From: a virus
Taxonomy: Duplodnaviria; Caudoviricetes
DNA: 25,928 bases
Virus record (IMG/VR): IMGVR_UViG_3300012232_000045
Coordinates: 1 to 25,928 of that record
Direction: 5' to 3' (one strand)
In this document: positions 15,778 through 25,651 of the stretch, piece by piece
Position numbering within the stretch: position 1 is the first letter of the stretch
Layout: every line of letters starts with the position of its first letter
The notes under the pieces: model-generated
What the model was told of the DNA's origin: nothing
Seen by the model: the letters and a program-made list of their open reading frames with translations, nothing else
Databases searched by the model: none
Program-made: the position numbers and the translations under genes

Positions 15778-17807
15778 CACACCGCCTCCAGATTATAGCC
15801 GGTCGGGATCTTCACGTCGGTAACCTGGATGTCGTACGGCGTTGTGAATTCGCGCGTCATGCTCTTCAGCTTGAAGGTTGCCTTGGTCTCGACCGTCTTC
15901 AAAACGTCGCTGGCATTCCGGCTTCGCTCGGCGAGCATGTCCCCGCCATAGTTGGGTCCATAGAACAGCGCAGCAAAATCATTCATCAAATTCATTCCTT
16001 GCCAGCCGCCGGTGTACGAACCCATGAAGGCCGCGTTGTATTGATCGGCGGCAGGGTTCTCGACCACCAACGGCTGGTCGATCACGTCCTCGGCTCGCAT
16101 CGGCGCCATGAAGTTGAGACCGTCATCATCGGGATCGGCGTTTGGCGGGGCATAACCGACCGACGAGTCGAACAACACAATGCGTCCGGTGAACTGCTGA
16201 TAGTCGGCCCCGGTGTAATCGACGCTGCAATAAAGCGGCTCGCCGCCTGCCGCGATCTGCGAACCGGCGCGGCCAATGGCGCAGCCGATCCGCACTTCGC
16301 AATTGATGCGCCCGTCCGCGCCGTCCAGCGCCAGCGTGTAGCCGATGACCTTGCCGGTTGCTTCGCCGATGCGCGGCTCGATGATGAACGCATTCTTGCG
16401 CAAGGTGATTTCCGGCATCCGCTCGAGCTTCGGCGCAAAGGATATTTCCACCACGCGCGAGCGTTTCAGCAAGTGCGTCCGCGCCAGCGAAATCAAATGC
16501 TCGATGCTTTGGTTGCCGCGCTCGGTTGCGATGTAGGAACGCCGCCGCGGATCGCCGATCGGGACCGTGCCGTCGATCGCCTCGCTCAGGTTGACCGACT
16601 TGATGCCATCAAGACGCAACGCCTCGCCGTCTTCCGGGTCGGTCAGGATGTGCTGCACGTCGGCAACGAGCGAAATGGACACCACCTCGGTGCAGGGACG
16701 CTCGGCGGTATAGGCCGCCTGCAACGTGACCGCGAGGTGATGGCACGGCAAAACCGACTTGACGATCGTGTAGGTGGAATTGAACGAGGCGGCATAAGAG
16801 CCAAGCTCGTCCTTCGCATAGGTGGTCTTGGCCGTCATGTCGGTGACGATGCCCTCATACATCAGCGAACCCGGCGGCTGCATCCGCATCTCGGTTTGCG
16901 AGTATGATGATTTGACATTGGTCGTGGCGCCGTCCCACCAATTGACGATCATCTCGGAACTGCCTTGCGTGGTCACGGTCTCGGTTCCGAACAAGTCCCA
17001 GGCCGACGAATCGCCAACGGTCCAGCCGTCGCCGAGGCCGGACCCAGCCTTCGGCCAACTGCCGGCGTCGAGCGTAAACGATGTGATAACGCCGGACGCC
17101 GTCGTATGCGCCTCGACATATTTAGGCCAGTTCGCCGTCAGATATTTTGTCAGATCGACGGTGCCGTAAGCCTGCTGGGTCCAGGAGAATTCGGCGCTGA
17201 GATCGACGCGCGACAATGGCCCGCTGGTCAGCGTCAGGCCAAGCCCGTCGTATAATACCTTGCCGGCTTCCGACGCGCCGTCGAACTCGACCAGGCCATC
17301 CTCGCCGGTGATCTCGTCGGACACCGTGAGCAAGTGGGTCTCGCGGTCATAGTGCCAGATTTTCGTGTAGCCTTCGAGCACCACCTCGGGATCGTCGCGC
17401 TGCTCGGGATCGATCACCAGCTCGTCATAGAACGGCAGCACCCGCAGCGTATCGGCCAAAGCATTCTTCTGCGCCACCACGTCGAACGGTCGCGCGATGA
17501 ATTCCAGCGTCACCAGCTCCTCGAAGATCGATGTCGGCACGCCGACCAGGCGCCCGCGAAACTTGAACAGCGCGCCGCCGCAGTCGAGCGCGAACCAGCA
17601 CCAGATCTTGCGGCCCGGCCCGAGCAGCCCGATCGGATCGCCTGACACATTACGCGGACGGCGCACCACCACGGTCAGGCTCGCCGGGTCGCCTTCGCCT
17701 TGCTCACAGGTGAACGAGAACACGCTTTCGTCCCACCGCATATGCTCTGAGCCAAACGTCGTCTCGCTGGCGTCGATCCAGGCAAAATACGGCTCGCCGG
17801 CAGGCAT
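15777..17807 (-). CDS. Large tail-tip/hub protein
   Basis: 676 aa, second gene after the tape measure. Confidence 0.65.
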   Translation of the reverse strand: MPAGEPYFAWIDASETTFGSEHMRWDESVFSFTCEQGEGDPASLTVVVRRPRNVSGDPIGLLGPGRKIWCWFALDCGGALFKFRGRLVGVPTSIFEELVTLEFIARPFDVVAQKNALADTLRVLPFYDELVIDPEQRDDPEVVLEGYTKIWHYDRETHLLTVSDEITGEDGLVEFDGASEAGKVLYDGLGLTLTSGPLSRVDLSAEFSWTQQAYGTVDLTKYLTANWPKYVEAHTTASGVITSFTLDAGSWPKAGSGLGDGWTVGDSSAWDLFGTETVTTQGSSEMIVNWWDGATTNVKSSYSQTEMRMQPPGSLMYEGIVTDMTAKTTYAKDELGSYAASFNSTYTIVKSVLPCHHLAVTLQAAYTAERPCTEVVSISLVADVQHILTDPEDGEALRLDGIKSVNLSEAIDGTVPIGDPRRRSYIATERGNQSIEHLISLARTHLLKRSRVVEISFAPKLERMPEITLRKNAFIIEPRIGEATGKVIGYTLALDGADGRINCEVRIGCAIGRAGSQIAAGGEPLYCSVDYTGADYQQFTGRIVLFDSSVGYAPPNADPDDDGLNFMAPMRAEDVIDQPLVVENPAADQYNAAFMGSYTGGWQGMNLMNDFAALFYGPNYGGDMLAERSRNASDVLKTVETKATFKLKSMTREFTTPYDIQVTDVKIPTGYNLEAV

Positions 17808-18190
17808 TAACTGATCGCCCTCTGCTCGGCCTCAAGCTGCCACGCCACCTCGGCGGCCCATTCGTCGCGCGAGGTGTTCCAGCTCGTCACCTTGGCCAGG
17901 ATCGTAAGCTGCCCGTCCGTGGTGTCGGGAACGCCGAGGCCGGGAATGCAAGTGATGGTGACATCCTGGCCCGGCCAGATGCCGGTCAACTGCGGCGCCT
18001 CATGGTCGGTGCATTCGATGCTGACCTTGTATTGACGAAACTGCGCCAGCGAAATGTCCGCTAGCATCCCGCGGCAGTCGCGCGCCAGCGCCGCCGCCTG
18101 CTCGATCGGCTCCAGCGTCATGGTGATGCCGCGCACCGCGTATTGCGAGAAGTCGATGTTGTCGATCGCGAGCAAGGTATAGGCCGGCAT
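17807..18190 (-). CDS. Putative distal tail protein
   Basis: MPAYTLLAID..., first gene after the TMP, stop/start overlaps at both ends. Confidence 0.6.
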   Translation of the reverse strand: MPAYTLLAIDNIDFSQYAVRGITMTLEPIEQAAALARDCRGMLADISLAQFRQYKVSIECTDHEAPQLTGIWPGQDVTITCIPGLGVPDTTDGQLTILAKVTSWNTSRDEWAAEVAWQLEAEQRAIS

Positions 18191-19944
18191 CAGGAATACC
18201 GCGACGGTTTGCGGCCACCGGATCGCACCTGGGCCAAGCCTGCCGCGCGGCGCAGTTCCTCGACCACCGAGCCGGGCGCGCGCAGGCCGCCGACCGGCGC
18301 CATGCCGGGGAATGCGATCGTGACATGGCTCATGCCGTTGACGCCGCCGCCGGCGAAGGCCGGCACAGGCCCGACCATGCCGCCGAGCGCGAAATGGCCG
18401 AGACGATCCAGCACGCCGGAAAGGTTGCCGCCGGATCGGCGCAGAGCTTCCAGCAACGCCAGCACGCCGGGTTGGCGCACGGCCCGCGCCGGCATGATGT
18501 GCTCGCCACGCGAGACCCAGGCCAGGTTGCTGTCCGATGTCCCGGTGCCGCGGCCACCGACAGTGCCGCCGCCGGCAAACCCCGGCCCGTATGCCGGCCC
18601 TGGCCCGCCAGCGCCGCCGCCCATGCCGATGAAGTTTTTCAGCGTGTTGATCGCTTCGGTGATCTTCCCGATCACCCAGTCGATCGCGCCGCCCACCGCA
18701 TTGATCGCGGATGTCGCCGCCGAGCTGAAAGCATTCCACGCCGCCACGGCGGTGCCGCTGATCGCGTTCGCAACATTCATAAGGCCCGTGAGAAGGGCAG
18801 CGCCCGGTGCGGCGATCGCGTTCAACGCCGCCACCGCAGTTGCGCCCCAGGACGCCCAATCAACCGTCGCAAGTGCGGCTGCGATCGTATCGATCGTGCT
18901 TGCCACAAAATTCAGCGTGGCGGTCAGCCCCGGCGCCAATGTGACAGAGCTGAACCGCGCCCACGACGTTGCCACGCGGTTCTGTGCCTCTCCCAGCTTG
19001 TTCGCCGTGTTGGCCTGCTCCGCCGTCACCGCGATCTGTTTTCGCTGCGCGGCGATGTACTGCTCGAGGCTGCCGGTGCGCAGCGCCTGCACCACCGCAG
19101 CCCCATCTTCCTTGAACACCAGCATCGCAAGCGCCGTCCGCTCGGCGCCCTCCTTCATCGATAGCAGTTTCTGGACCACCAGATCGATGCGGGTCGCCGT
19201 GTCGGTGGATTGCTTGCCTATGTTCTCGATGATTTGTCCGACAGTGTCCTTCTCTCCAATTTTTGCCAATTGCTCGCGGGCACGAACGGCGGCATCGCCA
19301 GTTCCTTGCACCGCCTTCTTCAGGACGACCATCGCGTTGCCGGCGGTTCGCCCCCAGCTATCCGTCTCCTTGATCGCTTGGGTAACGGCTTGGCCCTCGA
19401 TCACGCCGAACGCACTTTGCAAGGCGCTGCTGATCTCGCCGGCGGCCAGCCCGGCGCCTTCAAGGCCAATGCGCAGCTTGTCAAGCTGCCCAACGCTGGT
19501 GCCGAGCTTGATCGCTTCCTTGTCAACCGCGCTGATCGCCTCGGCGGCATTCTTGGCCGACACCACCAATGCAACGCCCAATGCCGCCGCCAGCACGGTG
19601 GCGATGGCGCCGAGCGGCCCCAAAGTTACGAGCAAGAGCTTGGCCGAAAGGCCGAGCTTGTTGAATGCGCCATCCACAAGCGACAGCGCGCCGGCGAGCT
19701 TTTCCCAACTCGCAGTATCGGCGATCGCCTTCTGTACCTTTGCGAGTTCGTCGGCCGCGAGCTTGGCGCCGGCCAGTTTCTGCTCGATGACGCCAGGGTC
19801 GAGCTTGTCGAAGCCGCCGGCCTGGCCCGCCGCCTTCTGGATGTCGGCGAATGCCTTCTGTCCGGCCTTGCCGATATTTTCAAGCTGCCGCTCGATATCC
19901 TTGCCGCCTTGCAACTCGATCGCAACCGAAAGCTTGGCAACCAT
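18190..19944 (-). CDS. Tail tape measure protein
   Basis: Ala-rich helical 584 aa with C-terminal FAGGG.VGGRGTGTSDS..A.VSRGEHIM motif. Confidence 0.88.
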   Translation of the reverse strand: MVAKLSVAIELQGGKDIERQLENIGKAGQKAFADIQKAAGQAGGFDKLDPGVIEQKLAGAKLAADELAKVQKAIADTASWEKLAGALSLVDGAFNKLGLSAKLLLVTLGPLGAIATVLAAALGVALVVSAKNAAEAISAVDKEAIKLGTSVGQLDKLRIGLEGAGLAAGEISSALQSAFGVIEGQAVTQAIKETDSWGRTAGNAMVVLKKAVQGTGDAAVRAREQLAKIGEKDTVGQIIENIGKQSTDTATRIDLVVQKLLSMKEGAERTALAMLVFKEDGAAVVQALRTGSLEQYIAAQRKQIAVTAEQANTANKLGEAQNRVATSWARFSSVTLAPGLTATLNFVASTIDTIAAALATVDWASWGATAVAALNAIAAPGAALLTGLMNVANAISGTAVAAWNAFSSAATSAINAVGGAIDWVIGKITEAINTLKNFIGMGGGAGGPGPAYGPGFAGGGTVGGRGTGTSDSNLAWVSRGEHIMPARAVRQPGVLALLEALRRSGGNLSGVLDRLGHFALGGMVGPVPAFAGGGVNGMSHVTIAFPGMAPVGGLRAPGSVVEELRRAAGLAQVRSGGRKPSRYS

Positions 19945-20528
19945 CAGTCGATGTCCTTGAGTTCATCGAGGAACGCCTCGCCGATCTTCTCGGCGTTCTG
20001 TTCGATGATTTCGTTGAGGTGAAATTTCTTCGGGATGACGACACGCGGCACGCCGATATAAAGCGGCTTCCTATGGCGATCGTGATCGGCGGCGTCGAAC
20101 GCCAGCGGCACGCCATTGACCGTGGCAAATGTCAGTTTCTTATCCGACCGCATTGTCTTCCGGTGCGAGCCGCCAAGCCGCGCTACGGTTTTGCTTGTGG
20201 GTATCCACATCAGCGGATGACCTTCGATCTTCGCGCCTTCCTGGAACACCGAGGCCAAGCCATAGCGATGCGAGAAGAAGCTGATCGCTTCCATCGACGG
20301 CACGCCGTTCTTGGTCGCACCCTTGAGCCGGTACTTGTAGCCCGACTGCCATTTGGCGTGCGTGAAGCCCGGCCCGGCGCGGCCAATGTCGTCGCGGCCT
20401 TCCTCGACGGCATCCTCGCTGACTTGCTTCAATGCGGCCACAGCGGCGGTGGCAATGGGCCTCGTCTTCTCAAGGAACATGCGCGACAATTTCGGCGCGT
20501 CAACCTTGATGCGAACCCTCACCGCCAT
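19944..20528 (-). CDS. Basic tail-completion/neck protein (HK97 gp10/lambda gpZ-like)
   Basis: Basic protein with FQEGAKI.G...MWIP and LYIGVPRVVIPKKF. Confidence 0.5.
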   Translation of the reverse strand: MAVRVRIKVDAPKLSRMFLEKTRPIATAAVAALKQVSEDAVEEGRDDIGRAGPGFTHAKWQSGYKYRLKGATKNGVPSMEAISFFSHRYGLASVFQEGAKIEGHPLMWIPTSKTVARLGGSHRKTMRSDKKLTFATVNGVPLAFDAADHDRHRKPLYIGVPRVVIPKKFHLNEIIEQNAEKIGEAFLDELKDID

Positions 20529-20680
20529 TGCTGAGTCAACTGCTTGAGCATCTTGTCGAACGCCTTCTGGTCGCCCTGCGCGCCGACCGCAGTGACCATC
20601 AGGTCGGCCGCGCGATCGAGCGCGTCGAGCCGTTCACTGAAATCGAGGTAAGCACTGATCTGACGCGGCGTCAGCTTCAT
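20519..20680 (-). CDS. Tail chaperone gpT-like frame (probable -1 frameshift extension)
   Basis: Not in the ORF track. MKLTPRQISAYLDF...QQWR*, with the frame open upstream through GGAAAAAAG at 20764-20756. Confidence 0.65.
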   Translation of the reverse strand: MKLTPRQISAYLDFSERLDALDRAADLMVTAVGAQGDQKAFDKMLKQLTQQWR

Positions 20681-21138
20681 TGCATAATCTGGCGGGAAAC
20701 CGTTGCGGATGAGGGCGGTGATGCCGAGGGCGATATCCTCGAGCGGACCTTGATCCTTTTTTCCGGCTCGGTCACGGCGAGGCCCTTCACCATTTCCATG
20801 AACGAGCCTAGGCCGTTTGGGAATGTCAGATCATAGATCGCCTTGACGAGCTTGATCTGATCCTCAAACAGAATTCGGCCGGCGGCCGCTTCCTGTTTTT
20901 CGTCCCCGAGCTGATCGCAACCGGCGGCAATGATCGGGCCGATCGCCACGCCAAGCGAACTGATCATCGTCACCACGTTGTCGCCGGCGCCGGCAAGTTG
21001 CACAACCAGGTTGGGAAACCTCGCAGCGATGCTGGCGATGTCGTTGCCGTGCAGCCCGCGCACCTTGACTCGCTTGTCGCCGGTAATATGCACCACGCCG
21101 TAAGCAGTCGCCGGTGCGATGTCGAGCAGATCGGTCAT
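20677..21138 (-). CDS. Tail assembly chaperone (gpG-like)
   Basis: Directly after the major tail protein, with a slippery A6 run near its 3' end. Confidence 0.7.
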   Translation of the reverse strand: MTDLLDIAPATAYGVVHITGDKRVKVRGLHGNDIASIAARFPNLVVQLAGAGDNVVTMISSLGVAIGPIIAAGCDQLGDEKQEAAAGRILFEDQIKLVKAIYDLTFPNGLGSFMEMVKGLAVTEPEKRIKVRSRISPSASPPSSATVSRQIMQ

Positions 21139-21665
21139 GGCGTGACCACCTCATCGCGCACGGTCCAGGTGCCGAAGTCGCCGGTGGTGGCGTGCTTCTG
21201 CACCTCGGCCTCTAGCTCGATCACCGAGAACTCATCTTCCGCGGTGATAAACGAAAAATCACCGGACGGGACAAACGAGACGGTCGCCTCGAAGTCAACC
21301 TGTTGGCCGATGTCGTTGGTGCCGGTCACCTTGATGTCGCCCTTGAACTCGGCTTTTGACAGGCCGCTCAAGACCGCCTCGCCGGGCGTCGTTGTGTCGA
21401 TTTCGGCCAATGCAAAGATCGCCAGATTTTCCCCGGTGATCTCGTCGAGCGTCACCTTGATGGTGGCGCCGACTTGCGTGATGGCCGTGAAGTCCTTGGT
21501 CTTGACGCCCTCGCGCGAGGAAAAGTGTTCGACCTTTTCCACTGTCGGCGTGTAGATAAAGCTTGGCGCATTGCCAAGATCGACAAAGGTCGAGCCGCCC
21601 GCTTCCTTAAACGTAACGATGCCCTTGCCGATGTGATAGTTGTTGACGTTTGGGGACGTTGGCAT
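21135..21665 (-). CDS. Major tail (tube) protein
   Basis: AGGAG RBS and NYHIGKG.V.F...DLGNAP.F...VE..EHFSSREG motif. Start MPTSPN. Confidence 0.8.
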   Translation of the reverse strand: MPTSPNVNNYHIGKGIVTFKEAGGSTFVDLGNAPSFIYTPTVEKVEHFSSREGVKTKDFTAITQVGATIKVTLDEITGENLAIFALAEIDTTTPGEAVLSGLSKAEFKGDIKVTGTNDIGQQVDFEATVSFVPSGDFSFITAEDEFSVIELEAEVQKHATTGDFGTWTVRDEVVTP

Positions 21666-21676
21666 TTGTGGCGCTC

Positions 21677-22132
21677 CTATAAATCGTCGGGTTTCAGCGT
21701 GTACTTGAACATGAACCGGGCCAGCAGCGAGCCGGTCAGTGACCGGCCATCGCCAAAGTCGGTTTGGCAACCGAGATAACGGATGGCGCCGTTGCCGTTG
21801 CGCCCGGTCTTGACGATGGTCTCGTTCAGAGCCGTGTCGGTCAGCACGCGCTTTAACAATTCGCGGCGCAGCGTGGTCAGGTCGGAACCGGCCTCGTTGG
21901 ATTGCTGCGCCAGCACGATCTCGGGCGTCATGCTGACCATGGTGGGTCGATGCGGCGGCCGCATCGAGAAGTCGCTGGCGTCGTCGGTGTCCTCGTCTCC
22001 GTCGAACAGCACCGCCGCCGGCAACTGGTCTTCTGTTATGTCGCCGTTGTTGCGTTGCGCCGAGCGAATGTTCGGGATGGTCGCCAGGATCGCATGCAGC
22101 CGCGCCAGGATATCCTCGCGGGTATCAGCCAA
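21677..22132 (-). CDS. Putative tail terminator
   Basis: REDILARL...LPA..LFDGDE, immediately upstream of the MTP. Confidence 0.6.
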   Translation of the reverse strand: MADTREDILARLHAILATIPNIRSAQRNNGDITEDQLPAAVLFDGDEDTDDASDFSMRPPHRPTMVSMTPEIVLAQQSNEAGSDLTTLRRELLKRVLTDTALNETIVKTGRNGNGAIRYLGCQTDFGDGRSLTGSLLARFMFKYTLKPDDL

Positions 22133-22460
22133 CGTCGGCTGCCTTCAATAGAAACCGCACCTCGCCGGCGTCCTCGCCGTTCGGATTGCCGCGCAGTTCG
22201 TATGACCGCACCGTCCAGGTGCGGCCGTTGAAGATCAGTGTCGCGTCGATGTAGGCGTCGCGCGCGATGCCGTTGGCGGCCAGCTCGGGAATGCGCGCGA
22301 ACGCGCCCGGCCCGACGCTACGCACCTCGCCGCTGCCGGCCGGATTGGTCACCGGCCTGGTGTCATCGATCACGGTGATGGCAACCGCATTGAACGTCGC
22401 CGGCACGCCGATCCCGGCATAGACCGGGCCGTACAGAGGCGCGCCGAAAGCATCCGGCAT
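22125..22460 (-). CDS. Head-closure/head-tail joining protein
   Basis: 111 aa with L.FNGRTWTV, downstream of the connector. Start MPDAFG. Confidence 0.6.
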   Translation of the reverse strand: MPDAFGAPLYGPVYAGIGVPATFNAVAITVIDDTRPVTNPAGSGEVRSVGPGAFARIPELAANGIARDAYIDATLIFNGRTWTVRSYELRGNPNGEDAGEVRFLLKAADVG

Positions 22461-23101
22461 CAGGCATACTGCCGGCGATAGAGGTCGATTGCGTCGGTTA
22501 CCGACTGCGCCAGCCCGTGCGAGGAATTCAGCGGCTCGGAGTAATAGCCGACGCGGGTGATGTCGTGGCCGATCTCGCGCACCGATGGATCGCGGCCCGA
22601 GTAGGCCCGGCGTTGCCGCACCGCCTCGATCACCGCGCTTTGCAAGGTTGCCGGCGCGTCGTCGGGCAGGTCGTAGCCGCCGGAATAGTTGGCGACGATG
22701 CGACCGGACCAAAGCCCTGTGCGCGGCCACAGCAAGCCGCTGGCGCTGTTGAGATCGTAGTCGGCCGGATCGATGGTGGCGCCATCGCGCGTCAACGTGG
22801 CGATCTCGGTCACCGGGTATTGCATCAGCACCAGCGGGATCGGATGCGACCCGCCATGCGGACACATCCGCGCGCCGGCGTTGAACGCAAAGGTTTCCTC
22901 CACGTCGATCAGCGCAAAGATGCGGTCGCAATATTCGGCGATCTGGTCCGACAGCCGGGTAATGCGCGCTTGCAAGGCAGGGTCCTCGGCGGTGCCGGTG
23001 ATACCAAGCTCGAGCTTCAGGTCGTCCAGCGTGATCAGGTCGGTTTCCAGATCGGCCGGCAGCGTCCCGATCAGGAAACTGTGGCCCCATGCGCCGCTCA
23101 T
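22460..23101 (-). CDS. Head-tail connector (HK97 gp6/SPP1 gp15-like)
   Basis: LITLDDLKLELGI...ED..L...I....YCDR.F and YSGGY....PA.LQ.A motifs. Confidence 0.8.
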   Translation of the reverse strand: MSGAWGHSFLIGTLPADLETDLITLDDLKLELGITGTAEDPALQARITRLSDQIAEYCDRIFALIDVEETFAFNAGARMCPHGGSHPIPLVLMQYPVTEIATLTRDGATIDPADYDLNSASGLLWPRTGLWSGRIVANYSGGYDLPDDAPATLQSAVIEAVRQRRAYSGRDPSVREIGHDITRVGYYSEPLNSSHGLAQSVTDAIDLYRRQYA

Positions 23102-23610
23102 CTGGTCACCAGCGCGATCGAGCGGTGCGTCCCGTCGGACAATTCTACGATCAGCATCTCGCCGCTTTCGCTAATCGACAGGCCGGCGATGCCGCGGCCT
23201 TCCGAACCCTGTGGCCCGCGCTCGCCCCGGTCGCCCGGCTTGCCGCGCTGCCCGCGCACTGTCAGTTGCGCCCAGCCGTCGCCCGGCAACGATCCCGGCT
23301 CGTCCTGCAACGCCAGCCACGAACCGCCGTCATGCGCGACCACATCGCCATCGGCATAGGCTTGTCGCGGATCATAGCTGCGCCGGTGCCGCCATTGCCG
23401 CGCATCGGCGCCGGCCTGTCCTGCCTCGCCCTTCTCGCCATTCTCGCCACGTTCACCAGGTGCCCCTGGTTCGCCCTGCGGCCCCTGTGGGCCCATTTCA
23501 CCCGGCGGCCCCGGAATGCGCTGCATCGCGCGCACTTCTGCAAGCGTTCTCTGGCAGAGGGCCAGACAGATGCCGATGGCATCGGCAAAGGTTTGCGGTT
23601 TATCTGTCAT
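23098..23610 (-). CDS. Collagen-like protein with a carbohydrate-binding-like motif
   Basis: GXY repeats and YDPRQAYADGDVVAHDGGSWLA. Confidence 0.75.
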   Translation of the reverse strand: MTDKPQTFADAIGICLALCQRTLAEVRAMQRIPGPPGEMGPQGPQGEPGAPGERGENGEKGEAGQAGADARQWRHRRSYDPRQAYADGDVVAHDGGSWLALQDEPGSLPGDGWAQLTVRGQRGKPGDRGERGPQGSEGRGIAGLSISESGEMLIVELSDGTHRSIALVTR

Positions 23611-23616
23611 GAAAGC

Positions 23617-23778
23617 CTACCGGGTGCTGACGACCTGGAGTGCCGTAAAAATCGCGTTGAACTGCATGGCCGAAACCGTGACGCCGATCGGCGGCCAAAC
23701 TTGCACGGTGCCGAGATACACTTTGTCCGCTGCCGCGCTGCCGATATAGATTTTGTCGGCCGTGTTGAGCAGCGGCAT
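23617..23778 (-). CDS. Small fibre-associated protein
   Basis: KIYIGS....KVYLG..QVWP motif, coupled to the fibre gene. Confidence 0.55.
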   Translation of the reverse strand: MPLLNTADKIYIGSAAADKVYLGTVQVWPPIGVTVSAMQFNAIFTALQVVSTR

Positions 23779-25169
23779 CAGCCGACGATCACATAAAGCG
23801 TGTTCGGGTCTTTGACCGCCAACGCAGTGTAGGCGGCCTGTGTCATCTGCACGAACGCCGGCGCCCAATCCAAACTTTTGCGGGCATACGCCACACCATC
23901 GTTCGGTGCTTCGCCGATCGGCGAGTTAGTACCCGCACCCTCGCGCGAGATGACCACCCGCGCCGCGGTCAGTGGGCTAGCGCCGGCCCTCCATGCCACG
24001 GGGATCGTCGCATAGGTGCTGTTGTCGGTGAAGGCGGCAATCATCTCGTACAACTGCCACTTGGTCGGTGCGTCCTTGTCCTGCAGATAAAACGTGTCGC
24101 CGATTTTGACGCGCTGCAGGAAGTAGTTCTTCAGGTTGACCGCGTTGGTGTCGTTGGTGATGTAGTTGAGGAACATCGCGGTCGCCAGCGTTTGCGTTGC
24201 ATGGTTGAACCGGACCCCGCCCGCGGCCGGCGGCGGCGTTGTCGTCGCGTTGAACATATAATTCAGCGCGCCGCCGTAGGATTGATGGACGACCTCGGAC
24301 CAGCCCAGGCTCTGGCGAGCGTATTGCAGCCCGTCATTCGGCGCCTCGGAAATCACATTCGCGCGCACCGCGATGTTGAACAGAACGCGCTGCTGCGCCA
24401 GCGCCGCCGGGCCGCTGGCTCGCCAGGTGACCGGAAACTCGTAATAATTAGAGTGGGGAATGCCCGGCCCGGTGGCATCGAACGACACCCATTTGGTGGC
24501 GTCGTCCTTGTCCTGGACAAAGATGCGGTTGCCGGCATCGACCAACGAAAAGGCGTTAGCGTTGTCCCGGCCGATCGCCGAGACGTTCATCACGTAGAGC
24601 GCGGTGACGAGCGTATGCACCGAATTGTTGAAGCGCACCTCGCTGCCGGTCGGCGGCTGGAAGGTGGTGGATGAAAACATATACTCGAACGTCGTAAACG
24701 ACTGCCCCGGTTCGCCCTGCGGCCCGGTCGCGCCGGTCGGTCCCACTGCCCCGGTGGCGCCGGTGTTGCCGGTCGGCCCCTGAATTCCTTCCGGCCCCGG
24801 AACGCCTTGCGGCCCTTGGATACCCTGGATGCCTTGCGGCCCTTGGATGCCTTGCGGACCCTGCGGCCCCGGCGGCCCTTGGGTGCCGTCGCCGCCCTCG
24901 CCATCGCCATCGCCGTCGCCCGTACCGCCGCCGACAATGGTGGTGCTGCCCTTGACCGGCTCCCACCCGGCGTTCTTGCGACCGTAAATCTTGCCGTCCT
25001 GCGGCGCCTCGGTCACCACGGCCTTGCGGAGATTGAGCAACTTGCCCTTGCTGTCGAGCAATAGATCCTCGCTGCCGCCGATCGTGTCGCTGTCGGTAAA
25101 CACCGCAACCTGATCGGCGCGGCCCTTGCCCTCGACCGCCTTCCGCACAAAACGCAGTTGCTCGTTCAT
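23778..25169 (-). CDS. Collagen/foldon-repeat fibre protein
   Basis: About 20 GXY triplets, three EAPxDGxxYxR motifs, a duplicated domain and a [15 protein letters not shown] tail. Confidence 0.8.
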   Translation of the reverse strand: MNEQLRFVRKAVEGKGRADQVAVFTDSDTIGGSEDLLLDSKGKLLNLRKAVVTEAPQDGKIYGRKNAGWEPVKGSTTIVGGGTGDGDGDGEGGDGTQGPPGPQGPQGIQGPQGIQGIQGPQGVPGPEGIQGPTGNTGATGAVGPTGATGPQGEPGQSFTTFEYMFSSTTFQPPTGSEVRFNNSVHTLVTALYVMNVSAIGRDNANAFSLVDAGNRIFVQDKDDATKWVSFDATGPGIPHSNYYEFPVTWRASGPAALAQQRVLFNIAVRANVISEAPNDGLQYARQSLGWSEVVHQSYGGALNYMFNATTTPPPAAGGVRFNHATQTLATAMFLNYITNDTNAVNLKNYFLQRVKIGDTFYLQDKDAPTKWQLYEMIAAFTDNSTYATIPVAWRAGASPLTAARVVISREGAGTNSPIGEAPNDGVAYARKSLDWAPAFVQMTQAAYTALAVKDPNTLYVIVG

Positions 25170-25651
25170 GTTTTCGTGGCAGCCGTGACGCGGCCCGGCG
25201 TGAGCACGCTGCCGTCCGACATGGTCAGCAACAATTCGCCAGCGCGGTTGATGGCGGCCGCAACGATGCCGACACCGTCACGGCCCGGCGGCCCGGCGTC
25301 GCCCTTTGTTCCGATGCCGTCGGCGCCGCGAGCGCCCATCTCGCCGCGCTCGCCTGGCGGCCCGATCACCAGCCCGAGCCGTTCGCTCAAGCCGTCCGAA
25401 TAGGAAATGCTCAACTCGCCGCTGCGGGTGATGACGGCGCCGGTGACGCGGCGCGGTATTTCCGGGGGTACATAAATGGCCGGCACCGGCATCGGCTCGG
25501 CTAAGAGATCGGCCGCCGCCTTGAGCTGCACGGCGAGTTCGGGCGGCACCAATAGATTTTCTGCCACCACATCGATGGCCGTATCCGTCACCACCTCGCG
25601 CACGTAGGGCACCAAGCCCTTGGCAAGCTCGACAACGTCACTGTGCTGCAT
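25166..25651 (-). CDS. Portal-adjacent protein with short collagen repeats
   Basis: Start MQHSDV overlaps the portal end. GXY runs and two I.R.GEL....SDG repeats. Confidence 0.7.
   Translation of the reverse strand: MQHSDVVELAKGLVPYVREVVTDTAIDVVAENLLVPPELAVQLKAAADLLAEPMPVPAIYVPPEIPRRVTGAVITRSGELSISYSDGLSERLGLVIGPPGERGEMGARGADGIGTKGDAGPPGRDGVGIVAAAINRAGELLLTMSDGSVLTPGRVTAATKT

Noticed and set aside
15693-16907. 404-aa plus-strand ORF
   Set aside because: Antisense to the tail hub gene, an artefact of high-GC codon bias.
18143-19960. 605-aa plus-strand ORF
   Set aside because: Antisense shadow of the GC-rich tape measure gene, with no RBS or motifs.
24700-24885. Tandem GC-rich 9/18-bp repeats
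   Set aside because: These encode collagen GXY triplets and are not a separate DNA element.
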